NCBI RefSeq assembly: GCF_001457595.1
Contig: NZ_LN831039.1
Location: 1,860,001 to 1,892,000 of the forward strand
Origin: Mycolicibacterium smegmatis
GTDB taxonomy: Bacteria > Actinomycetota > Actinomycetes > Mycobacteriales > Mycobacteriaceae
Reading direction: 5' to 3'
DNA: 32,000 nucleotides
The notes beneath the pieces were generated by a model. The model was not told the DNA's origin, did no database searches, and saw nothing but the letters and a program-made list of their open reading frames with translations. Shown in pieces: positions 9,309 through 18,271 of this stretch. The translations under genes were made by a program, and so were the position numbers. The first letter of the stretch is position 1. Every line of letters starts with the position of its first letter.

Positions 9309-10378
9309 CGGTGGGACACCTTCGGTCGATCGGGCACGGCCGCCGCGATCTCGACGGCGGGTACGGGCGCGCGCCGGCGCGTGCGCCTTCTGCCGAACAG
9401 CGCACGGAACTTCGCCGACTGCAACAGCACGACCGAGACCACCACCAGCGACTTGAACACCAGCGTGACCTCGGGCCGGATGCCGACGGTGTACACCGTG
9501 GTGGTGAGCGTCTGGATGATCAACGCGCCCAGCAGGGTCCCGGTCAGGCTGTAGCGGCCGCCGAGCAGCGACGTGCCGCCGATCACGACGGCCAGGATCG
9601 CGTCCATCTCGATCCACAGGCCGGCGTTGTTGGCGTCGGCAGCCGAGATGTTCGACGCGATCATCAGGCCCGCGATGCCGGCGCACAGTGCGCAGAACAC
9701 GTAGATCGCGAACACGATCGTGCGGCTGCGCACACCGGCCAGGCGACTGGCCTCGGGGTTGATCCCGACGGCTTCGAGCAGCGTGCCCAGCGCGGTGCGA
9801 CGCGTGAGCAGGCCGATGAGCACGAACACCGCGAGGGAGACGAGGATCGCGACGGGCAGACCGAGGAAGAAGCCCGCGCCGAGCACCTTGAACGGGGGAC
9901 TGGTGACGGTGATGATCTGTCCCTCGGTGACGAACAGTGCGATGCCGCGGCCCGCGGTCATCAGCACGAGGGTGGCGATGATCGGCTGAATACCCAGGGC
10001 CGCCACCAGCATTCCGTTCCACAGCCCGAGCACCGCGGCCACGGCCAGTGCGATGCCCATGGCCGCGAACACCGTCGGTACGCTCGCCGGGTCACCGGCC
10101 GCCGCGATGTGGGAGCAGGCCAGCGCACCGGAGATCGCGACGACCGCGCCCACCGAGAGATCGATGCCGCGTGAGGCGATCACCAGCGTCATACCCAGTG
10201 CGACCAGCAGGGTCGGTGCACCGTTGCGCAGGATGTCGATGACGCTGCCGTACAGGTGGCCGTCCTGCACGCGCACGCTCAGGAAGCCCGGCGTCAGGAA
10301 CGCGTTGAGGATCAGCAGCGCGACGAGCGCGATCGCGGGCCACAGCAGAGGGGTACGCGCGAAACCTTTGAGCATCAC
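9305..10378 (-). CDS. Sugar ABC transporter permease (YtfT-like)
   Basis: 357 aa, polytopic. The start overlaps the ATPase stop (ATGA). Confidence 0.9.
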   Translation of the reverse strand: MMLKGFARTPLLWPAIALVALLILNAFLTPGFLSVRVQDGHLYGSVIDILRNGAPTLLVALGMTLVIASRGIDLSVGAVVAISGALACSHIAAAGDPASVPTVFAAMGIALAVAAVLGLWNGMLVAALGIQPIIATLVLMTAGRGIALFVTEGQIITVTSPPFKVLGAGFFLGLPVAILVSLAVFVLIGLLTRRTALGTLLEAVGINPEASRLAGVRSRTIVFAIYVFCALCAGIAGLMIASNISAADANNAGLWIEMDAILAVVIGGTSLLGGRYSLTGTLLGALIIQTLTTTVYTVGIRPEVTLVFKSLVVVSVVLLQSAKFRALFGRRRTRRRAPVPAVEIAAAVPDRPKVSHR

Positions 10379-11901
10379 GAGGTCCCCGCGATCAGCGCGG
10401 TGAGCTTCGACGGTGAGGTCCCGGCCTCGGCCAGCGCGACGTTGTGGCGGTCACGCATCACTGCGATGCGGGTGGAGATGCGGGTGACCTCGTCGAGCTC
10501 GGCCGAGATGAACACGATCGCCATGCCGTCGCCCGCAAGTTCGGTGACGAGTTTCTGGATCTGGGTCTTGGCGCCCACGTCGATGCCGCGCGTGGGCTCG
10601 TCGAGGATGAACAGGTCCGGTTCGGTGATGAGCCAGCGGGCCAGCAGCACCTTCTGCTGGTTGCCGCCGCTGAGGTTCTTGAGCAGCGTGTCCGGATTTC
10701 GCGGCCGGATGTCAAGGGCGTCGAGGTATTTCGCCACCAACTGGTCCTTGGTCTTCGTCGACAGGGGCCGGGCGAACCCCCGTCGGGCCTGCAGTGCGAG
10801 CACGAGGTTCTCCCGCACGCTGAGATCACCCACCACGCCCTCGTCCTTGCGGTTTTCGGAGGTGAACGCGAAACCGTGTGCGATGGCCGAGCGTGGTGTG
10901 CGCAGCGCGACGCGACGGCCGCGGATCTCGACGTGGCCGGACGTCGCGCGGTCGGCGCCGAACAGCAGCCGTGCCAGTTCGGTTCGCCCGGACCCCAGAA
11001 GGCCTGCCAGACCGAGGATCTCGCCTCGGCCGATGTCGAGGGTGACCGGGTGGACCGCGGGTACGCGTCCCAGAGCGTCGGCGCGGACCAGGGTTTCGCT
11101 CTGGTGCTCGGCCGTCTCGGCTGTCACGTTCGCGGCCTCGGCGACCTCGTCGAGCACGTCGAGCTGGCGTCCCAGCATGGCGGCCACCAGGTCGGATTTC
11201 GGCAGCTCGGCGGTGAGGTACTCGCCGACGAGTTTGCCGTTGCGCAGCACCGTCATCCGGTCGGAGATCGCGTAGATCTGGTCGAGGAAGTGCGAGACGA
11301 ACAGGATCGCGGTGCCGCTGTCACGCAATCGCCGGATGACGCGGAACAGCTCGCCGACCTCGCGGGCGTCGAGACTCGACGTCGGTTCGTCGAGGATGAG
11401 CACCTGCGCGCGCACCGCAGTGGCCCTGGCGATGGCAACCAGCTGCTGGATCGCGATGGGATGTGACCCGAGTTGAGAGCGCGGGTCGATGTCGAGTTCG
11501 AGTTCGGCGAGCAGTTCGCGCGCGCGGCGGTTGAGCGTGCGGTAGTCGATGCGCCCCCAGCGCCTGGGCTCGCGGCCCAGCAGGATGTTCTCGCCCACCG
11601 TGAGATTGGGGCACAGGTTGACCTCCTGGTAGACGGTGCTGATGCCCGCCTCCTGTGCCTGCCGCGGCCCGGCGAAGGTGCACGGTGTGCCCGCGACGAC
11701 GATGGTGCCGTCGTCGATGTCGTACACACCGGTGAGCGCCTTGATCAGGGTGGACTTACCTGCGCCGTTCTCACCCATGAGCGCGTGCACCTCGCCGGGA
11801 AGCAGCCGGAAGTCCACCCCGTCAAGGGCTTTCACGCCGGGGAACTCGATGCTGATCCCACGCATCTCGACGACCGGCTGCACCGCGGTTGGTTCGTTCA
11901 T
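10375..11901 (-). CDS. Sugar ABC transporter ATP-binding protein, duplicated ATPase (YtfR-like)
   Basis: 508 aa. [26 protein letters not shown], and LILDEPT / FILDEPT. Confidence 0.92.
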   Translation of the reverse strand: MNEPTAVQPVVEMRGISIEFPGVKALDGVDFRLLPGEVHALMGENGAGKSTLIKALTGVYDIDDGTIVVAGTPCTFAGPRQAQEAGISTVYQEVNLCPNLTVGENILLGREPRRWGRIDYRTLNRRARELLAELELDIDPRSQLGSHPIAIQQLVAIARATAVRAQVLILDEPTSSLDAREVGELFRVIRRLRDSGTAILFVSHFLDQIYAISDRMTVLRNGKLVGEYLTAELPKSDLVAAMLGRQLDVLDEVAEAANVTAETAEHQSETLVRADALGRVPAVHPVTLDIGRGEILGLAGLLGSGRTELARLLFGADRATSGHVEIRGRRVALRTPRSAIAHGFAFTSENRKDEGVVGDLSVRENLVLALQARRGFARPLSTKTKDQLVAKYLDALDIRPRNPDTLLKNLSGGNQQKVLLARWLITEPDLFILDEPTRGIDVGAKTQIQKLVTELAGDGMAIVFISAELDEVTRISTRIAVMRDRHNVALAEAGTSPSKLTALIAGTS

Positions 11902-11905
11902 GCGA

Positions 11906-12892
11906 TCAGTACTGACGGTTCGGCAGAGCGGCCTTGGCCTGCGCCTGGTCGAACGCCTCGTCGGGGGTCACCACGCGCTCCGGCACGGGTTCACCCGCGG
12001 CGACCTTCTTGGCCAGGTCCATCAGCTCGGGCCCGAGCAGGGGATTGCATTCGACGATGTAATTGAACTTGCCGTCGGCGAGGGCCTGCATGCCGTCGTG
12101 CGTCGCGTCGACCGCGACGATCTTGATGTCGGTGCCCGGCTTCTTGCCCGCGGCCTCGATGGCTTCCATCGCGCCGAGGCCCATGTCGTCGTTCTGGGCG
12201 AACACCACGTCGATCTGCGGGGTCGACTTCAGGAACGCCTCCATGACCTGCTTGCCGCCCGAGCGCGTGAAGTCACCGGTCTGCGAGGCCACGATCTTGA
12301 GGTTGGGGTTCTTCGAGATGCCCTCGGCGAAACCGGTTTTGCGGTCGATCGCCGGGTCGGCACCGGTGGTGCCCTCGAGCTGGACGATGTTCACCGGACC
12401 GGTCGCCGACGCGTACTGGTCGGCCACCCACTGACCGGCGCGGCGGCCCTCCTCGATGAAGTCGGCGCCGATGAACGTCTTGTAGACGTCGGTGTCCTGG
12501 GTGTCGACGGCGCGGTCGGTGAGGATCACCGGGATGCCGGCGTTCTTGGTCTCCTGCAGCACCGCGTCCCAGCCCGTGCGCACCACGGGACTGAACGCGA
12601 TCACGTCGACGCCCTGCTGGATGAACGACCGTATCGCCGAGATCTGCTTCTCCTGCTCGCCGTTGGCGTCGGCGAACTTGAGGTTGACGCCCGCCTCTTC
12701 GGCGGCGCTCTTGATCGACTCGGTGTTGGCGGTGCGCCAGCCGCTCTCGGCGCCCACTTGCGCGAAACCGAGTGTGAGGGCGCCGTCGGGCGCGCTCCCA
12801 CCCTCCGACCCCGGTGCCTTGCCGCTGCCGCAGGCGGTCACGGCCGCGGCGACGGCGACAACGCCGATCGCCGCAGCAAACATCTTCCTCAC
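11906..12892 (-). CDS. Sugar ABC transporter substrate-binding lipoprotein (YtfQ-like, furanose-binding type)
   Basis: 328 aa. AAGGAG lies 7 nt upstream of GTG 12892. Signal peptide with lipobox VTAC. Gene order (binding protein, ATPase, permease, permease) is the same as E. coli ytfQRT-yjfF. Confidence 0.9.
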   Translation of the reverse strand: MRKMFAAAIGVVAVAAAVTACGSGKAPGSEGGSAPDGALTLGFAQVGAESGWRTANTESIKSAAEEAGVNLKFADANGEQEKQISAIRSFIQQGVDVIAFSPVVRTGWDAVLQETKNAGIPVILTDRAVDTQDTDVYKTFIGADFIEEGRRAGQWVADQYASATGPVNIVQLEGTTGADPAIDRKTGFAEGISKNPNLKIVASQTGDFTRSGGKQVMEAFLKSTPQIDVVFAQNDDMGLGAMEAIEAAGKKPGTDIKIVAVDATHDGMQALADGKFNYIVECNPLLGPELMDLAKKVAAGEPVPERVVTPDEAFDQAQAKAALPNRQY

Positions 12893-13018
12893 AAGCCGAC
12901 TCCTTTGTCCGACGGCGCGGCCGGTGGCCGGCCCGTGTTGGTCATGTGCGTGGCGGGTGCCAGGTGCGTGCTCGATGCCACTCGCCTCCGAGGGCTATGA
13001 CGCCGATCACAGGTCGTG

Positions 13019-13047
13019 ATGTTAACGCTCACAGAAGCCGTGGTCAA
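13019..13047 (-). promoter_or_regulatory. Putative promoter of the ytfQ-like operon with embedded operator O3 (-35 TTGACC, 17 nt, -10 TAACAT; operator ATGTTAACGCTCACAG at 13019-13034)
   Basis: Read on the minus strand: TTGACC-acggcttctgtgagcgt-TAACAT. The -10 hexamer is one arm of the operator. Confidence 0.5.
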
Positions 13048-13149
13048 GGGTGCTTGCGGCCCATTTTTCCGTGCGAAAGGGGCGAATGGTCACCAAATAC
13101 TCGCGTGATGGCTCGACCTGGAAGTTACCTGGATTCCGTGATGAACGCG

Positions 13150-13179
13150 TTGACGAACCATAGATGTGATCGTTAACAT
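13150..13179 (+). promoter_or_regulatory. Putative araBDA promoter with embedded operator O4 (-35 TTGACG, 18 nt, -10 TAACAT; operator ATGTGATCGTTAACAT at 13164-13179)
   Basis: Hexamers read directly. The operator is the reverse orientation of O1-O3 with one mismatch. It lies about 115 nt upstream of the araB start. Confidence 0.5.
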
Positions 13180-13291
13180 TCGAGCTTGTGACTCAGACCA
13201 CAGCGTTTCGATCAGGTGGAACGTGGCGACAGGAACCGGTGTTCAGCGGTGTGATCGTCAGGTGCCGGCAAACAGAGCAAAGGGGCCTTCG

Positions 13292-14983
13292 GTGACCCCG
13301 CCCGGCGCGCCGAAGTACGTCATCGGCGTGGATTTCGGCACGCTGTCGGGCCGGGCGCTCGTCGTCCGCGTCGCCGACGGCGCCGAGATGGGCTCGGCCG
13401 AGCACACCTACCGGCACGGTGTCGTCACCGAGGCACTCCCGGGCCATCCCGAGGTGCGACTGCCCGCCGACTACGCGCTGCAGGTGCCCGCCGACTACAT
13501 CGACGTGCTGCGGTTCGCGATCCCGGAGGCCGTGGCCAACGCCGGAATCGATCCGGCCGACGTGGTGGGGCTGGGAACTGATTTCACGGCGTGCACCATG
13601 GTCGCCGCCACCAGTGACGGAACCCCGCTGTGCCAACTCGACGAGTTCGCCGACCGTCCGCACGCGTACGCCAAGCTGTGGCGCCACCACGCCGCGCAAC
13701 CGCAGGCCGACCGCATCAACGCGCTGGCCGCGGCACGCGGTGAGACTTGGCTGCCCCGGTACGGCGGATTGATCTCCAGCGAATGGGAATTCGCCAAGGG
13801 TCTGCAGATCCTGGAGGAGGACCCCGAGATCTACGCCGCGATCGACCGATGGGTCGAAGGTGCGGACTGGATCGTCTGGCAGCTCACCGGCCGCTACGTC
13901 CGCAACATCAGCACCGCGGGATACAAGGCGATCCGCCAGGACGGCAAGTACCCGTCACGCGCGTTCCTCGCCGAACTCAACCCTGGTTTCGCGAGTTTCG
14001 TCGAGGACAAGATCGAACAACCCATCGGCAGGCTCGGTGAGGCGGCGGGCACGCTCACCGCTCAGGCCGCGGCCTGGACCGGCCTGCCCGAGGGCATCGT
14101 GGTCGCCGTCGGGAACATCGACGCCCACGTCACCGCGGCCGCGGCCGACGCCGCGGATCCGGGGCGCCTGATCGCGATCATGGGCACCTCGACGTGCCAC
14201 GTGATGAACGGCCGGTTCCTGCGTGAGGTGCCGGGCATGTGTGGTGTGGTCGACGGTGGCATCACCGACGGCCTGTGGGGCTATGAGGCCGGGCAGTCCG
14301 GGGTCGGCGACATCTTCGCGTGGTTCACGAAAAACTGTGTGCCCAAGGAGATCGCGATCGAGGCGTCGCGGCGGGGCCTGACCCTGCACGAACATCTGTC
14401 GGAGCTCGCGGCCGAGCAGGAGGTCGGCGAGCACGGACTCGTCGCGCTGGACTGGCACAGCGGCAACCGCTCGGTGCTGGTGGACCACCACCTGTCGGGG
14501 ATCATGGTCGGGCAGACGCTCGACACCACGTGCGTCGACCAGTACCGCGCCCTGCTGGAGGCCACCGCGTTCGGCACCCGCATGATCGTCGAGACCTTCC
14601 AGCGCAGCGGCGTTCCGGTCGAGGAACTCGTCGTGGCGGGCGGTCTCATCAAGAACCCGCTCTTGATGCAGATCTATGCCGACGTCACCGGACTCCCGCT
14701 GTCATGCGTGACCTCCACGCAGGCGCCTGCACTCGGCGCGGCGATCCACGCGGCCGCGGCTGCGGGTGAATACCGTGATGTGCCAACGGCATCGGCGCGG
14801 ATGGGCGGGCGCACCAAGAACGCGTTCACGCCGATCCCGGAGAACGTCACGCGCTACAACGCGCTGTACGCGGCCTACGTCGAACTGCACGACTGGTTCG
14901 GGCGCAACAACCCGCTCATGCGGCGCCTGCGGGTGATGCGCAGCAATGCCGAACGCCGCGAGACGGTGGGGTCGGCCCAATGA
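13292..14983 (+). CDS. araB: Ribulokinase
   Basis: FGGY-kinase N-terminus YVIGVDFGTLSGRA. About 563 aa from GTG 13292, which is preceded by AAAGGGG 6 nt upstream. The ORF-track start at 13166 would run through the promoter/operator. The stop overlaps the araD start (ATGA). Confidence 0.9.
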   Translation: MTPPGAPKYVIGVDFGTLSGRALVVRVADGAEMGSAEHTYRHGVVTEALPGHPEVRLPADYALQVPADYIDVLRFAIPEAVANAGIDPADVVGLGTDFTACTMVAATSDGTPLCQLDEFADRPHAYAKLWRHHAAQPQADRINALAAARGETWLPRYGGLISSEWEFAKGLQILEEDPEIYAAIDRWVEGADWIVWQLTGRYVRNISTAGYKAIRQDGKYPSRAFLAELNPGFASFVEDKIEQPIGRLGEAAGTLTAQAAAWTGLPEGIVVAVGNIDAHVTAAAADAADPGRLIAIMGTSTCHVMNGRFLREVPGMCGVVDGGITDGLWGYEAGQSGVGDIFAWFTKNCVPKEIAIEASRRGLTLHEHLSELAAEQEVGEHGLVALDWHSGNRSVLVDHHLSGIMVGQTLDTTCVDQYRALLEATAFGTRMIVETFQRSGVPVEELVVAGGLIKNPLLMQIYADVTGLPLSCVTSTQAPALGAAIHAAAAAGEYRDVPTASARMGGRTKNAFTPIPENVTRYNALYAAYVELHDWFGRNNPLMRRLRVMRSNAERRETVGSAQ

Positions 14984-15675
14984 GCGTCACCACCGAGATC
15001 GATGCCGTCATCCGGCAACTGCGCAAGCAGGTATGTGATCTGCACGCCGAGCTGACCCGCTACCAGCTGGTGATCTGGACCGCCGGAAACGTCTCCGCGC
15101 GTGTGCCCGACCGCGACCTGATGATCATCAAACCCTCTGGCGTGGACTACGACTCGATGACGCCCGAGCAGATGGTGGTGTGTGACCTCCACGGTGAACT
15201 CGTCGACGGTGATCTCGCACCGTCGTCGGACACCGCGGCGCATGCCTACGTGTACCGGCACATGCCCGAGGTCGGCGGCGTCGTGCACACCCACTCCACC
15301 TATGCCACGGCGTGGGCGGCGCGCGGCGAGGCGATCCCGTGCGTGCTCACGATGATCGCCGACGAGTTCGGCGGCGACATCCCAGTGGGGCCGTTCGCAC
15401 TGATCGGCGACGACTCGATCGGGCGGGGAATCGTGGAGACCCTGCAGCACAGCAACTCTCGCGCCGTGCTGATGCGCAACCACGGTCCGTTCACGGTCGG
15501 GCGCGATGCGCGCGACGCGGTCAAGGCCGCCGTGATGGTCGAGGACGTCGCGCGCACGGTCCACATCAGCCGCCAACTCGGCACCCCCGATGTGATCCCC
15601 CCGGCCGATGTCCGCCGGCTTTTCGACCGCTATCAGAACGTCTACGGGCAACCGCAGGCCAGTCAGGAAGGGTGA
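14980..15675 (+). CDS. araD: L-ribulose-5-phosphate 4-epimerase (class II aldolase fold)
   Basis: 231 aa. [26 protein letters not shown]. Sits between araB and araA. Confidence 0.92.
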   Translation: MSVTTEIDAVIRQLRKQVCDLHAELTRYQLVIWTAGNVSARVPDRDLMIIKPSGVDYDSMTPEQMVVCDLHGELVDGDLAPSSDTAAHAYVYRHMPEVGGVVHTHSTYATAWAARGEAIPCVLTMIADEFGGDIPVGPFALIGDDSIGRGIVETLQHSNSRAVLMRNHGPFTVGRDARDAVKAAVMVEDVARTVHISRQLGTPDVIPPADVRRLFDRYQNVYGQPQASQEG

Positions 15676-15677
15676 CG

Positions 15678-17183
15678 GTGGCCGAACACTTCACCGATGA
15701 GGAAATCTGGTTCGTCACAGGCAGCCAGTCGTTGTACGGCCAGGAGATCCTGGACCAGGTCGCCGAGCAGTCACGGGCACTGGCCGAACGCCTGGACGCC
15801 AGCGCGGATCTGCCTGTGGCCGTGCGGTGGAAGCCCGTGGTGACCACCAGCGAGGCCATCCTCGACGTCCTGCGCGACGCGAGTTCGTCCCCGCAGTGCG
15901 TCGGCGTGATCACGTGGATGCACACGTTCTCGCCGGCCAAGATGTGGATCCGCGGCCTGAGCGCGCTGCAGAAGCCCATGCTGCACCTGCACACGCAGTT
16001 CGGGGTCGAAATCCCATGGGACACCATCGACATGGATTTCATGAACCTCAACCAGGCCGCACACGGCGACCGCGAGTTCGGGTACATCCAGACCCGGCTT
16101 TCGGTGCCGCGCACCACCGTCGCCGGGCACGTCGGCGACCCGCGCACCACGGCACGCATCGGATCGTGGATGCGCGCGGCGCTCGGGGCGGCCGAGTTGC
16201 GGTCGCTGCGCATCGCGCGTTTCGGCGACAACATGCGTGACGTCGCGGTCACCGAGGGCGACAAGGTCGAGGCCGAATCGCACTTCGGCGTCTCGGTCAA
16301 CACCTACTCGGTGAACGACCTCGCCAAGGCCGTGTACGACGTCAGCGACCCCGAGATCGACAAGCTGGTACAGGAATACGAGGACACCTACGCGGTGGCC
16401 GAGGAACTGCGCCGCGGCGGCGAACGCCACGCGTCGCTGCGCGAAGGCGCCCGCATCGAACTGGGCTTGCGGCACTTCCTGGCCGACGGCTTCGGCGCGT
16501 TCACCACCAACTTCGAGGACCTCGGCGATCTGCGCCAACTGCCCGGCCTGGCCGTGCAGCGGTTGATGGCCGACGGTTTCGGGTTCGGCGCCGAAGGCGA
16601 CTGGAAGACCTCGGCGATGGTGCGCACGGTCAAGACCATGGGTGTGGGCCTGCCCGGTGGCACGTCGTTCATGGAGGACTACACCTACGACCTGACACCG
16701 GGATCCGAACGCATCCTGGGCGCGCACATGCTGGAGGTCTGCCCCAGCATCGCGGGCCAGACGCCCAGCCTGGAAGTCCATCCGCTGGGCATCGGCAACC
16801 GTGAGGACCCGGTCCGTCTGCGCTTCACCGCGGCCCCGGGTTCCGGTGTGGTGCTCGGTATCTGCGACATGGGTTCACGGTTCCGGTTGGTGGCCAACCA
16901 CGTCACGGTCGTCGAACCGTCCGCGCCGCTGCCCAATCTGCCGGTCGCGTGCGCGGTGTGGGAGCCCGAGCCGTCGTGGTCGACGTCGACGGAGGCCTGG
17001 CTCATGGCGGGCGGCCCGCACCACACGGTGCTCACCACGGCCGTCTCGCCGACCACGCTCGACGACTTCGCCACCATCACCGGCACCGAGCTGCTGCAGA
17101 TCGACCAGCACACCACCCCGCGTGAGTTCCAGCGCGAGATGCGCTGGAACGCGGTCTACCACCACATCGCCGCCGGCCTCTAG
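15678..17183 (+). CDS. araA: L-arabinose isomerase
   Basis: About 501 aa. [47 protein letters not shown] lies 6 nt before GTG 15678; GTG 15672, overlapping the araD stop, is an alternative. The ORF-track start at 15312 overlaps araD and is rejected. Confidence 0.92.
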
Positions 17184-17192
17184 GTCTCTGTA

Positions 17193-17247
17193 GGTCACCC
17201 AGCACCGCGAGGTCACCCAGCACCGCGAGGTCACCCCAGCACCGCGA
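17193..17247. repeat. Tandem repeat, 3 x 18/19 bp (GGTCACCCAGCACCGCGA)
   Basis: Two perfect 18-mers (17193-17210, 17211-17228) and a third with one extra C (17229-17247). Starts 10 nt after the araA stop. Confidence 0.9.
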
Positions 17248-17289
17248 GCGTGCGTGTCCGCCGCCCGACACACCGCCCTTCAGTAACAC

Positions 17290-17921
17290 CCCACGCACGC
17301 TAATGGGATGTGATCGGCGTTTTGTTACCGGGTTTTGTGGGTGTATGGCGAGACGCTGATTGATGAGCGGCTGGCCGGTGAGCACTTGCGCACGCTGGAG
17401 TTGTGGAGTCCTTAAGTTCGTAGTTGCAGTTTCTTCGTGTTGTTGAGGCAGTTACGTTGGGCTGTGACCCGGGTGGGTCGGGTGTGGCTGTGGTGTGTGT
17501 TGCCGGCCCCTTGGTGCGGCTTGAAAGGACTGGCCGCCCGGCCTGCCTGGACTTCTCTGGCTGCTGATTGAGATCTGCGATGTGATCGCTTGTTTAAGGA
17601 AATGCTGGCGGGGTTGTCCTTGGGGATCATGTTGGCAGACAAGCGAAAAGAGGTGTGATGGCGGCGGGCCAGGTGTGGGCTGGAGTGGATGTCGGTAAAG
17701 AGCATCACTGGGTATGTGTGGTCGACGACAGCGGGAAGGTGGTGTTGTCGCGCCGGTTGGTTAACGATGAGCAACCGATCCGAGAGCTCGTGGCTGAAAT
17801 CGACGAGCTGGCCGAGCGAGTGTTGTGGGCGGTGGACCTGACCACGGTGTATGCCGCCCTGTTGTTGACGGTGCTGGCCGACGCTGGCAAAACGGTCCGG
17901 TACCTGGCCGGCCGGGCGGTG
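17290..17921 (+). mobile_element. 5' fragment of an IS110-family element (left boundary approximate), truncated by the IS3-family element
   Basis: Lower-GC, G/T-rich non-coding leader followed by the N-terminal 89 codons of a DEDD transposase. The reading frame is cut exactly at the IS3 terminal repeat (17922). Confidence 0.7.
17655..17921 (+). pseudogene. IS110-family (DEDD) transposase, N-terminal 89 codons only
   Basis: WAGVDVGKEHHWVCVVDDSGKVV ... RYLAGRAV is a typical IS110 N-terminal RuvC-like domain. Residues after codon 89 in the ORF track derive from the IS3 inverted repeat. Confidence 0.8.
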
Positions 17922-17953
17922 TTGAATCGCCCTGGGTTCCCCGGAGGCTCGGG

Positions 17954-18268
17954 CTATTGGATTGCGACCAGGTGTTGGTCGCTCCGTTGGGCATCGTAGA
18001 AGACGTCTTCGAACTCTGCGGGCGGGACGTCGTTGAGGTAGCCGTGTAGCCGGTTGGTGTTGTGCCAGTGCACCCAGCCCAGGGTTGCCAGCTCGACGTC
18101 CTCGACGGTCTTCCAGGGGCCGCTGTGGCTCGGTCCGTAGATCAGCTCAGATTTGTAGTAACCGTTCACTGTCTCGGCCAGAGCGTTGTCGAAGCTGTCC
18201 CCAACCGATCCGATAGAGGGGACCGCGCCGATCTCGGCCAGGCGTTCACCGTATCGCAGCGATGTGAA
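17954..18268 (-). pseudogene. IS3-family OrfB (DDE integrase), C-terminal part, separated from the N-terminal part by IS30
   Basis: FTSLRYGERLAEIG...DNALAETVNGYYKSEL...WVHWHNTNRLHGYL (rve domain end). Continues the HSDAGSQ motif that ends at 19727. Confidence 0.85.
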
Positions 18269-18271
18269 CTG

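Noticed and set aside
8287-9405. N-terminal extension making the LacI ORF 715 aa
   Set aside because: The extension overlaps the YjfF-like permease in another frame and is Arg/Pro/Gly-rich. The LacI HTH begins right after ATG 8286/8262.
9309-10022. N-terminal extension of the YjfF-like permease ORF (579 aa in the track)
   Set aside because: It overlaps the YtfT-like permease out of frame and has a non-membrane, Arg-rich composition. ATG 9308 with an ATGA overlap gives a normal 341-aa permease.
13166-13291. Upstream ATG start for araB
   Set aside because: It would place the araBDA promoter and operator O4 inside the coding sequence. GTG 13292 has a Shine-Dalgarno and gives the canonical ribulokinase N-terminus.
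15312-15671. Upstream start for araA (623-aa ORF)
   Set aside because: It lies entirely within araD in another frame. The conserved AraA sequence begins at about 15672-15678.
17193-17247. Possible CRISPR array or MIRU-type element
   Set aside because: The repeats are directly adjacent with no spacers. They are only 18 bp long and there are only three. No cas genes are present and no MIRU-like length. Kept as a plain tandem repeat.
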